From positions 54,066,001-54,130,000 of the forward strand of contig NW_024704742.1 in assembly GCF_018977255.1 (NCBI RefSeq): a stretch of 64,000 nucleotides of DNA, given 5' to 3'. Position numbers and translations under genes: made by a program. Below the pieces are notes generated by a model. That model was given only the letters and a program-made list of their open reading frames with translations. It was not told the DNA's origin and ran no database searches. Positions 38,253 through 50,360 of this stretch are shown piece by piece. The stretch comes from Callorhinchus milii. Lineage: Eukaryota. Position 1 is the stretch's first letter, and each line of letters starts with the position of its first letter.

Positions 38253-39434
38253 TATTTAAGAACTACAAAAAAACAGATTTTGAAGTAAAGGCTGAATTCA
38301 GCAGTTTGCCAAATTCTCCCTAGTTGAAGCTGAAGTCAGATTTATAATTTCATGTCCCAGAGTACAAGATCTGATGGAATCTCACTGTTGTCAGAACAAA
38401 AATCAACAGCAGCATTCATGCATATTTTCTCTCTGTGGAATTTTAGTTTGGATCTCTCAGCATTGTGCAAAATTTCAGATCCAGAGCTTATGATTGTTTG
38501 CAAAGCTGGAAAAGGTATTGCATGATGGAAACCCTTTTGACTTGATTAGTAGAACCGGAACAAATTTCTGCCGGGAATCACTAAGGGACATATTTCTAAA
38601 AGATTTACCTTTCTCATAGCTGTGTGTAAATCACACTATTGGCGTCCTCCGTTATGTGGGCCTGGTTTAACCGGGGCTTGCTAATCGGACGGTACACTTC
38701 CAGCTTTCAGTGCTGACTGGCCAGCTTCCTGATGTAAGCATCGACCTCACAACTGCAGAAGTAATGACCAGAGGCTATTTTGTTTGTAAATCTCCTTATA
38801 ACACAGATCCAAACCCTGTATATCCAGTGTAAGTATATAATGTATATATAGGGTACATTTGAATGGAAGTTAAACAGATTTAAAATTAGATTGATTACAT
38901 AAAATAGGAAGTTAGCAATAGAACCTTCAATATTGTTTTATATATGGGTTTATGTAAGGAAGAGATAAGTGCATTTTGATGTTTAAGTCAGTTGTGGTGA
39001 GCACCTATTATAGTTTATCATCATATTACCAGAGGCTAAGGAAGTTGCTGTCACAGAAAAGCGGAACTTCTAACAAATGTAGATTTTCAGTTTTTTAGTC
39101 TTTACGAACAGTTCATAAAATATTGATCAATATGAATTCATTCAGTTTTAATTATTGATGAAGAGAATACTGTATTACAAAAGTGAGGAACATTTCATTC
39201 TTTATAATCACCTTCCACATGACAAAGGAACAGGAGACAATCTCATGAAGGATGTCCCTATGGATATGTTTAACATAATTTCTTTGGATTCTTAATTTCA
39301 TGTTCTTTCTATTCCCATGTAAGACCTCTCTTTTTCCTCATATGCTGCTTTTGTTTCTGGACAGTATGGTCAGAAAGGACTTTTTGGGCTTGCTGGACCA
39401 AACTCACGGAGGGAAATGTATCAAAATGCTAAGA

Positions 39435-39720
39435 TACTCCACACGCCTCTGTTTACTTAGCAGTAATTAGGAACCCGGTTGTTAGTCAATTGGCGGATCG
39501 CTTTTCCGGGGCTAATAACCTCTTCCCAAAAAATTTAAAAAATTGGTCACTTCAATCCACAACATGTTTGTGGGACACTGCTGTGCATAATTGGCTGCCA
39601 TGTTTCGCCCAGAAAATATACAGTCAATTTACTTTACAGTATATTCTGTGAAACACCTTGAGGCGTCTCGAAGACGTGATAAGGCGCTATATCAAATGCA
39701 AGGATTATTATTATTATTAT
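39435..39720 (+). mobile_element. tRNA-SINE long subfamily, 5'-truncated
   Basis: Carries the internal ctctgtttac.tagcagtaa.taggaaccc...ggcggatcgcttttcc segment; related copies at 45563-45885(+) and 52638-52925(-). Confidence 0.85.
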
Positions 39721-41499
39721 ATCTTTGCTTTTTTGCAAAAATTGCAATTCAGAATAAAAAAATAACTTCAGTCACCGATTTAACTTAATTTCACTGAAGA
39801 GTACTGCACAATGGATAGTCTTTAAAAATTATAAATTCAGTTGATAGAAATTCAACTGGGTGGGGTCTGAAAAATGTTTTTTTCCCCTTTAAATTTCCCG
39901 TAGTTAAATTTCCATACTTCTGTAGAATATAGATCTCATTTTGTAGCATGCTTATTCTTTCCAGAAGAATGGTTCATTGTTTTTTGTCACAGTGCGGTCT
40001 CTTTGGTGTTCTCTTTGAAGAAAAGTGAGGTGAAAAAAGCGTTTGTCATTGATTTAGTGAAGCAATGTACAATCAAAGCCCCTAAATGCACACATTGTTG
40101 TCTTCTGAACTTGTCATTTTTTTTCTTGGTTGCTTCAGAAATTCTACGGGCAATTTCCACTCAATTAATTGTTGAGAGTAATATGCATCAATTTAAAAAA
40201 AGATATATAAAATCTTCAATGCAAAGCCACCCTCACAGTGGCAGCATGATAAACTGTTGTTTTTCTTTCTAATGCGTCTTTGGTATCAATCAGTCATATT
40301 TAGGAAAGAAATTATGTAAATAGTGCATTTCATTACCAAGGCTTTTGGACTGCCGGGTCACGTTTGATTGGTATGTGTACTTCAGTTGATTCAGTATGCA
40401 GTACATTTAAAATACTGTTAATCTGGTCACCTGCTACTATTTATTACCACAAATGTGAGCATACAAAAGTGCAGGCCTAATTTATTATTTCTCAGGACAC
40501 CATTTGCATAATTTATTCAGGTGTGGGAACTGAAAGTGCTTTACTCCAGTCCCTTTGTGGTAACATCCGTACTCAGGGCTCTTAAAACACGTACTTCAAT
40601 AATTTCTCGCAGGAATAATTTTACATTTTTACTTCCAACGTTCAGTGGGACTGTAAATATTATAAGAATTATAAATGGCAATGCTGGAACCTCAACATTA
40701 GTCATGCGTTCACCTGTTTCAGTTCTCCATTTGGCAGGCAGCCAAATGCCGAACTGAAGTGAGACATTGTTGCATTCATTGGTGCTAAATGATAATGTTT
40801 AAATCCAATTAATATTTTTGTAATATTTACAATTCTGATGATTTGGAGAGCCAGAAATTTCAACTGTAGTAAACACTTTTCCTGCTTGTGTACTACATTG
40901 CCGTGGCCGTGGCCAGCCTTTAGAGCTACCTCAGACTTTTATCTGTGCTGCTCTCAAGATCTTCCCAAGGGCAGTTCCTTGACTACTTCCATTTTTAACT
41001 TTGTTCCTTGAGCCCTGAATAACACCACCACCACTACCTATTTTACATTTATATAGGAGCAGGAGGATGTCTCAAAGAACTTCACAGACCATACTGGGAC
41101 CTTGTTGGCCGGTATGGAGCAAGCTCAGCTCCCAGTCTATCCACCAGCCAGAAAACCAATGGTAGCTCACAGTCCTGGAGACAATCAGAGGAACCCTTTG
41201 ATTTCCTGACAGTGCTGGTGCCGAAGGATGGAGTGCCATCGGCAACAGCCACACAAAGTAAATACAGCCTAAGTTCTTATTCCTAATACTGCACAATTCA
41301 TTAATTCATTCACAGGGGCACATTGTAACTGGACAGTTTAATTAAATAAGCTAATTCATATTGCTGAAAGCGTATCTGGTTTATTACTTATTATTATTGT
41401 CAGTTTTGCTGCATGGATTTCAGATCACATTTGAAAATTCATTGAGACCTCAAGGGTTTAGGAAACTCGTAAAGATGTGTAAAGTCTTGCTATAGCGTG

Positions 41500-43106
41500 A
41501 CAATAACAGCAACAACAACAAAATTACATTTGTATAGTGCCATTCATGTCGGGAGGACGTCCCAAGGCGCTGGACAGTCAGAGTTTCGGATTGGGGGGTG
41601 GGATTGGGGAGGGTGGAGGGCAGGGGGGAGAAGGAGAGTGATCGAAGGCATGGTCGAAGAGGAGGGTCTAGAGATGGGACTTGAAGGAGGTAAGGGAGGG
41701 GGCGAGGCGGAAGGACTGCAGGGTGGAGTTCCAGAGGATGGGGGCAGAGTGGCTGAAGGCTCGCCCGCCAATGGTGGGGCAAGCGAGGTGGGGGACTAGA
41801 AGCAGGCCAGAGCCCACTGAGCAGAGGGAGCGGGCAGGTTGGTAGGTGGTTAGGCGGTCGCAGAGGTAGGAAGGAGCAAGACTGTGGAGGGTTTTGAAGG
41901 TGAGGACCAGGATCTTGAACTGTTTCCTCTGTGTGATGGGAAACCAGTGGAGTCAGGTGAGGAAGGGGATGATAGGAGTAACAGAGCCTGATGTGGGAGA
42001 GAACATGGGCTGCAGAGTTCTGGATGATTTGCAGCCTATGGAGGGAGGAGTTGGGGAGGCCGACAAGCAGTGAGTTTGCATATTCAAGCCTTGATGTAAT
42101 GAAAGCATGTATGAGGGTACTGTAAGACAATAAATGCCTCTTGTTCTCTGGAACTCACTCCCAAACTCCATCGCCTCACACCCATCCTCTCTGCTTTCCC
42201 TGGTGGGGGAGAGGACATGGGCTGCAGATTTCTGGATGATTTGCAGCCTATGGAGGGAAGAGTTGGGGGGCCGACAAGCAATGAATTTGCATAGTCAAGC
42301 CTGGATGTTATGAATTAGTGTATGAGGGTTTCGGCGGCCTGCAGTAGAGACAGTGGAGGAGCCAGCCGATGTTGCGGAGGTGGGGTAAAGCAATGCTTGT
42401 CATGGCTCGGATGTGGGGTGGAAAGGATAGTTGAGGGTCAAACAAGATGCCAAGGTTCTGGACTAGCTTAGTAAGGTGGAGTGTGCCTCCTTGGATGGAG
42501 ATGCTGTCAGCGTCTGAGGTATGGAGGCGCTGACGGGAGGCAATCAGGAGAGCCTCGGTCTTACTGATGTTCAACTGAAGAAAGTTAACTGGAGTCGAGG
42601 GTGGAGGCAGAGCGATAGAGTTGGGTATCATCCGCATACATGTGGAAGTTGACGCCATGTCTGCGGATGATGTCAGTAAGACAGAGCATATAGATATAGA
42701 AGAGGAGGGAACCAAGGACAGAGCCTGAGGAACGCCATAAAAGACGGTGTGGGGTCTAGAGGAGAAGTTTGAGGAGCTTAAGTGGAGACGATATGAGAGG
42801 TACGATCTGAACCATTGAAGGACAGAACCATGAAGGTTGAGATGAGAGGAGAGGTGGTGGAGGAGGATAGAGTGATCAACAGTATCGAAGGCAGCAGCGA
42901 GGTCAAGGAGGATGAGGAGGCAGAGGGTGCCCTGGTCTCAGATGGACAAAATATCATTTGTCACTTTGACCAAAGCTGTTTCTGTGCTGTGGACAGCACG
43001 GAAACCCGATTGGAGGGTTTGTGAAAGGTGTGGCGGGGGAGGAAGGAATGAAGCTGGTAAGCAACGACTCATTCCAGGATCTTGGAAAGGTAAGGGGGTT
43101 GGAGAT
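41500..43106 (-). mobile_element. L2 LINE with internal duplication
   Basis: RT motifs on the minus strand; about 125 bp segment repeated at 41995-42118 and 42206-42329. Confidence 0.88.
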
Positions 43107-43133
43107 AACTACATTTGCATTGCAGCTACATAG

Positions 43134-43395
43134 ACATCCCCTGCCTCGCCTGCCCCACCATTGGTGGGCAGGCCTTCAGACACTTTGCCCCCACCTTCTG
43201 GAACTCCATTCTGCAGTCCTTCACCTCGCCTCCTCTCTTGCCTCCTTCGAGACCCTCCTCTTTGACCGTGTCTTCAGTCACCCTCCCCCCCCAATGTCCC
43301 CCACCCTCCCTGATCCCAACCCCCAGCTGGGGTCCGAAACTGATTGTTCTCCCAAGTGAAAGACGCTTTACAAATGTAATTTTTTTTTACGTTGT
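43134..43395 (+). mobile_element. L2 3' end
   Basis: PTIGGQAFRHFAPTFWNS and tail acgctttacaaatgtaa. Confidence 0.8.
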
Positions 43396-44944
43396 AATTA
43401 CATTAATATCCAGGTATTAAGGTATTTTTTCACAGTTAAACTTTAATCCAGAAAATTATCCAAATGGGGAAAATGTTCCCTTGTAATTTCATCTTTTTTT
43501 GAGGTTATATAATTCAAATTTAATTTTGCATTGATCTGTTTACCTTGCTTGCAGCTGTACGTCATGACGCTTTGACTGAATGTAAACTGCAGAAAACTAT
43601 GAGCCGACAGATACCCTCTCGCCCTGTAATAGTAATCATAACTCACTGCTGTAATTATATATTGACTTCTTAGATTTTGTGGTTTACACAATGTGTGATA
43701 TTGTAAATATTAATGTGTAATATGTATCAATTGTTTTGTAATGAAACTAAAAGTGTGCACCAAACCACAACCCCGTTGGATTCTTGTTACAAATTTAAAT
43801 TCTTAGGCTTGCAGTTTCTTTTTATTGCCACCATCTATTTTGAGGTTAAAAGGTGAAAGGAGCAAAGTTCTCATTTAGGTTTCACAGGTTTCACAAGGCC
43901 TGTGGAGGATATTTTCTGAACAAGCTATGGACAGTACATCAGTTTTACTGGTGAGATATATCTCATCACAGACATGAGACAATCATTGTAAAAGTTTAGG
44001 CTTCTTGATTCATTATGTGCCATCTTTTGGAACGTGTTTGTAAAGGATCAGTGTTGGTATCTATTACAATGTCAGAAATTTTGGACCATCCTCCTTCAAA
44101 AGCAATATTATGAGTGTTATGGACACAGTGTCCAAAAGAAACACCAATAGAATTCATTTATAGTTTTAAACACCAAGCTCTTTTGAAGGTAAACCACTTC
44201 AGATTGCCTGGCCAAGCTGTGCACCACATTACGAACTGATTGCTCTTCTAAGTTGTTGGACACTGTTTTATGATGATTATGATGTCAGTACCTTTAGTAT
44301 TAATCTATTTTTATGTTCTTGTGTTGTACTATTTAGCTAAGTTATTTATTATCTGCCTTGGTTTAAATACATCGACTGATTCAATTGGCACTAAAGTAAT
44401 ATTTACCTCTTACCAACTTGGAGTTCTTGAAGGCCAATGCTACATTATATTAATTATTAAGGGTCATGCTGTTAAACTGCGTGGAGACTACCAATGAGGA
44501 ATATTGTGCTACTTAAGAGAGGGTGCAGTGCAAGATCATGGGAGACTATCTATGTCTTGCATCAGAGCTCTGAGCATATCTTAATTTAGAATTACAGAAA
44601 GCATTTTCCAAATATAACAATTGGTGGCACTGATAAAGACTAACTACATTTGTCGTCTCATTCATAAATTTTATTCTTGTTGATCATTTTTAGTGAATAG
44701 ATGAACCACACTTTACATGTACTCGGGCACTTTTACTCTTTTACTTTGCTTTAAACTTCTTTAGTAAGTAAGATATGATGGAGAATTAATTTTAGGTTTT
44801 TTTATAGAGGATCACTTGAGAATTACTCAGTGTTAATTATAGGATAACCCCGTTACAACCTCCCCCCTCCCCCCCACTCCCGCACACTCACTTTATTGCA
44901 GTTTGCCTTTTGTGCTTCTGTGTTATGGAGTTACAATACATCCA

Positions 44945-45290
44945 GCTTCGACAGTCTAGGATTTGCATCCGAGCTGAGGGTTGAAATTAAAAGGGGTGGA
45001 GGGCAAAGGGCTTTGGTAGGAGAATGACCAAAGGCATGGTGAAAGAGGAAGGTCTTTAAAAGGACCTTGAAGAGGGCAAGGTGAAGGGGCTCTGGGATGG
45101 AGTTCCAGAAGGTGGGGACAGAGAGACTGACAGCTCAAAAGGCCTGACCATTGATGGTGGGGCAGGCAGGGCAGGGGACATGAAGCTGGCCAGTGTTTAC
45201 CGTGTGGAGGGAGTGGGCAGGTTCGTAAGGTTTTAAACAGGTCGCAGAGGTAGGGATGGGCAAGACTGCTTTAAAAGTGACAAACTTGAA
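44945..45290 (-). mobile_element. Old L2 3' end
   Basis: Homologous to the other L2 3' ends (ggagttccagaaggtgggg). Confidence 0.7.
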
Positions 45291-47059
45291 CAGAGTTTTG
45301 TCATTTGAGGGCCTTGAAAGACAACCAGTTCTTACAAAACAGACACATTAAACAATTCAGAATAAAGCACTTGGCTATGATGATAAAACTTTTGAGAAGT
45401 TAACAAGAAAGTGATGTTTAAGTGCAGAGAAATCTCTACAGCTCCCCTGACAATGTCCTAGTGATATTTCAATGTTGAATTTACTGTATTACATCAGAAG
45501 TACATTTGCTTTCTGCTAATAAGAATGACTTGCAATGCTTTCTCCAATGTTTACAGTTTAAAGTGTAGCTTAGTGGCTAGAACACTTGGCTCTCAAGCGA
45601 GAGGACCTAGGTTCGATTCCCGGTCGGAGCGAAACCCTAGGTATGTTTCCTTACTCCACACACACACACCTCTGTTTACCTAGCAGTAAGTAGGAACCTG
45701 GTTGTTAGTCGATTGGCGGATCGCTTTTCCCAGGGTAATAATCCCTTCAAAAAAAATAATAATAATAATTTGGTCACTCAATCCATGACTGTTTGAGGGA
45801 CACTACTGTGTGCAATTGGATGCCACTGTGTGCAATGGCTGCTGCGTTTTGCTCACAACATATACAGTCAATACGCTTACAATAATACAGCCTATTTTGA
45901 AAAGTGATATGGAATTGCAATATACTTGACATTTTGAATAAACAAAATGTATTCCTCAAAAGAAATCCAGATGTTTACCTGAAACAGAGATGATGTTTAC
46001 TGAGGATGGGGTTCCAAATATTTGTTAGTATGTCACATGTGGTCTAATCAAGGTTTATATCATACCTTTGCAGGTATGAGAGAAGATTTGGCTAAAATAG
46101 ACTGGGAAATTAGATTAAAAAATATGACGGTAGACCAGCAATGGCAAATGTTTAAAGATATAATACATAATTCCCAGCAATCACATATTCCCTTGAAAAG
46201 TAAAAATACCATGGGAAAAGTGGTTCAACTATGGCTAACTAGAGAAGTTAGGGAAAGTATAAAATTAAAAGAAGAGGTCTATAATACTGCAAAAAGAGCA
46301 GTAAACCTGAGGATTGGGAGGGCTTCAGAGATCAGCAGAGGAAAACCAAGAAACTGATTGGGAGAAAATGGAATATGAGGGTAAACTAGTTAGGAACATA
46401 AAAACAGATTGTAAGATTTTTTACAAGTACATAAAGAGGAAGAGACTATCAAAAGTGAATGTGGGTCCATTGCAGGCAGAAACAGGAGAAATTATAATTG
46501 GGAATAAAGAAATGGCAGAGTCATTAAACAAATATCTTGCTTCTGTCTTCACATTAGAGGACACTGAAAACTTACTGAAAATAGAGGAGAACTTGGAGGC
46601 TAAGGTTAGTGAAGAACTTAAAGAAATGAACATCAGTAAAGCAATAGTACTAGAGAAATTGATAGGATTAAAAACCGATAAATCCCTTGGACCTGATGGC
46701 CTGCATCCTAGAGTTTTAAAAGAGGTGGCTGCAGAGATAGTGGATGCTTTATTTTTGATCTTCCAAAATTCCCTGGATTCTGGAATGATTCCCATTGATT
46801 GGAAGGTCACAAACATAACGCCGACATTTAAGAAGGGTGGGAGACAAAAAATGGGGAACTATAGACCAGTCAGTCTGACATCGGTAGTAGGGAAAATCCT
46901 AGAATCCTTAATTATGGACTTTGTTGTGGGGTACTTAGGAAATCATAACATGATAAGGCAGAGTCAACGTGGCTTTATGAAAGGGAAATCATGTTTAACA
47001 AATCTTATAGAGTTTTTTGAAGATGTAACTAGCAGGTTAGATAGGGGGGAACCAGTAGG

Positions 47060-47203
47060 TAATAATAATAATCCTTGCATTTGATATAGCGCTTTTCACG
47101 TCGGGAGGACGTCCCAAAGCACTTCACAGAACACACTGTGAAGTGAATTGACTGTATATTTGTGGGCGAACACGGCAGCCAATTGCGCACAGCAATGTCC
47201 CAC
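47060..47203 (-). mobile_element. SINE 3' fragment nested in CR1
   Basis: Interrupts CR1 between gaaccagtagg and gtggtgtatttg (GEPV-x-VVYLxF). Confidence 0.9.
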
Positions 47204-48084
47204 GTGGTGTATTTGAATTTCCAGAAGGCATTCGACAAGGTGCCCATAAAAGGCTGTTGCATAAGATTAGAGCCCATGGAATTAAAGGTAATATATTATC
47301 ATGGATTGGAGAGTGGATATCAGGAGGAAAACAGAGAGTAGGGATAAACAGGTCCTTCTCAGATTGGCAGGATGTGATTAGTGGAGTGCCACAAGGATCA
47401 GTGCTTGGGCCGCAATTATTTACAGTCTGTATCAATGATTTAGATGAGGAAATAGATCTTAACATATCTAAAATGATACAAAGATAGGTGGGAGAGTAAG
47501 CTGTGAGGATGACCCACGAACAATGCAAAGCGAAATAGACAGGCTAGGTGAGTGGGCAAGAAAGTGGCAGATGGAGTATAATGTGTATAACGTGTGAAGT
47601 TATTCACCTAGGTAGTAAAAATGGAAAAGTGGATTATTTTCTAGAGTGGAAGAGACTAGGTCGTGTTAGTGTTCAGAGGGATTTGGATGTCCTGTACACC
47701 AGTCACAAAAAGTTAGTATGCAGGTACAGCAAGAAACTAGGAAGGCTAATGCCATGTTGGCGTTTATTGCAAAAGGGTTACAGTACAAGAGTAGGGAAGT
47801 CTTGCTGCAGTTGTATAAGGCCTTGGTGAGACCGCACCTAGAGTATTGTGTGCAGTTTTGGTCGCCTTATTTGAGAAAGGATATAATCGCCTTAGCGTAG
47901 ATTCACTGGGTTGGTTCCTGGGATGAAGGGGTTGACCTACGAGGATAGGTTGAGTAAACTAGACCTATATTCTCTAGAATATAGAAGAATTAGAGGTGAT
48001 CTTATGGAAACTTAGAAGATTCTTAAGGGTCTTGACAGGGTAGATGCCGTGAGACTGTATCCGCTGGTTGGGGAACGTAAAACT

Positions 48085-48508
48085 ACAACAACAACTTGGA
48101 TTTATATAGCGCCCTCCATGCTGGACGGTATCTCAGAGCGCTTCACAGAAATGGATCCTGGGGCCGAGCCAGGGGGAGAAAGGTGACCAAAGCCGCGATC
48201 GAAAAGAAAGGTCTTCAGCCGAGACCTGAAAATAGGAAGAGAGGGGGCGAGGCGAAGGGAGTGAGGAAGGGAATTCCAGAGCCTCGGGGCGTAGTGGCTG
48301 AAGGCATGGTCGCCAGTGGTGGAGTGGAGGATTCGGGGGACAAGGAGGAGGCCAGACCCGTTGGATGGAAGGCAATGGGCACTGTTGTGAGGAGAGAGGA
48401 GGTCAGAGAGGTAGGGGGTTGCAGAGGAGTGGAGGGATTTGAAGACAAGGGTGACGATCCTCTCTGGGACAGGCAGCCAGTGCAGTCTGGCAAGGACGGG
48501 TAATCGGG
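48085..48508 (-). mobile_element. L2 3' end nested in CR1
   Basis: Interrupts CR1 between gtaaaacta and ggggacacagtctc; same L2 subfamily as 35684 and 53869. Confidence 0.9.
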
Positions 48509-49794
48509 GACACAGTCTCAAGATTAAGGGTCAGCCCTTCGAACTGAGTTGAGGAAACATTTCTTCACTCAGAGGGTAATGAATTTGTGGAATTCTCTAT
48601 CCCAGAAGGCTGTGGATGCTCAGTCTTTGAATATATTCAAGACTGAGGTTGATAGATTTCTAAAGGATAGAGGGATTAAGGGACATGGGGATAGGGTGGG
48701 TAAATAAAATTAGGTTAGAAGATCAGCCATGATCTTATTGAATGGCGGGACAGGCTCGAGGGGCCGAATGGCCTACTCCTGCTCCTACGTCTTACAGTCT
48801 TATGGTCTTAAATGTAACTTTATTACTCTACTTTGGTTCTCTATTTTGCTGGACGTAAATTTAAGGACTCTATTTGCATTCCTTATGGCTTTCTCTACCC
48901 TCGTGATAGGCAAGGGTAAGCTTCCTAGGTAGGTGTGCAGTTGGGTTTATTTGGTCGATGTATAAACCCTGATTAGATCCAGGTGTATTATGAGCATGTA
49001 CTGAACCCTCTGATCTGGTCCAGAAGTAAGAATGCTACCGATTGAGACAGCCATAAGGTGAAATCAGTGTGCATTTGATTCTTAATAATCATTGGAGGAG
49101 GAGCTGTCAGGAGGGGTCAGGCATAGCTTTCTTCACCTTTGTAGCTGGGAATAACAATTACAGATTACTTTGTCACAGTATGTTGGTTTAAACATAAAAT
49201 CTGACAAGCCAGTTTGAAAGAGAAGCGAGGAAAGGATTTCACTTTCAGATGTTGAGTATTCATTCACATTAAAGTTAAAAGTTTCTGAATATATCTTTGA
49301 TTTCCTTTTGAAAATTACATTGAAGTCAGGAAGCATAATGTTTCTAATGGAAACTCCAGGCTCCAATTCTATTTGATATATAAAATACTTGGCCAATATT
49401 GAATTGTCAGCATAACAGCAATTCATTTTTATCACTTCATTACACCATAAAATTAAGTTTCAAAATCTGTGTTTTCCACTTACTGGGCAATAACCATTCA
49501 GTGCTTTGGAGAAATCATTAGCAGATTTTCGTCATGAAACATTGGCACATGTTTTGCTAGAATTCAGAAATATCTTTTTAAAAAGGCATTAAAGTTAGGC
49601 CTTGTTGCAGATTTATACAAGAATTTTATATGTGAATGTCTATCCTGCACTATAAATTATCTTAAAGATCTGACTATCTGACTTTTTATTCCTTTATTGG
49701 AAGCATGAACCTTGCTGTTAATTGTGAAATTTGCAATCTGATATTCAGAAACTAGAAGTCACAATTTTTACAATAAATTGAGTGAGAACATGTG

Positions 49795-50360
49795 AGGAGA
49801 ATTCCACCAGGGTTTAGATTTTATTTCTCTATCTATTGCATTTCAGATTATCCAGAATTTGGCCAATTCTTAAATACAGCCTTAATTTTGAAACTCACTT
49901 GCTGTAAATTCTATTTTGAGAATTGTAGAACACCGACTTCAAAATTAATAATAATAATAATCCTTGCATTTGATATAGCGCTTTTCACGTCGGGAGGATG
50001 TCCCAAAGGGCTTCACAGAACACACTGTAAAGTGAATTGACTGTACATTTGTGGGAGAATGTGATGGCCAATTGCGCACAGCAATGTCCCACAAACAGTC
50101 GTAGATTGAAAATGACCAATTTATTATTTTTTTTNGGTTTTTTGGAGGGATTATTATTAGGTGTGTGGAGTAAGGAAACTTGCCCAAGGTTTCGCCCTGA
50201 CTGGAATTGAACTCAGGTCTCTCGCTTGCAAAGCGAGTGCTCTAACCAATGAGCTACAGGACTCCACATTAAATTAAGACTGAATTTAAGAATTTGCCAA
50301 ATTCTGGTCCGTCTAAAATGCTTCTAAATAGTACATTTTAGACCCAGATGGAATTTCACT
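49795..50360. repeat. Palindromic (MITE-like) element split by a SINE
   Basis: Arm ccagaatttggccaattcttaaatacagccttaattttgaa (49852-49892) is the reverse complement, with 3 mismatches, of ttcaaaattaa|gactgaatttaagaatttgccaaattctgg once the SINE is removed. Confidence 0.8.
49949..50267 (-). mobile_element. Young tRNA-derived SINE with TSD
   Basis: Near-identical to 540-867; TSD AAATTAA at 49942-49948 and 50271-50277. Confidence 0.92.

Larger units (their letters stand above)
46071..48810 (+). mobile_element. CR1 LINE, 5'-truncated (ORF2 RT to 3' end), with two nested insertions
   Basis: [76 protein letters not shown]; 8-nt tail repeats tcttacag tcttatgg tctta. Confidence 0.95.

Noticed and set aside
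46314..47084. 256 aa RT-like ORF, and the L2 ORFs elsewhere, as host genes or active elements
   Set aside because: All are truncated, frameshifted LINE ORF2 remnants.
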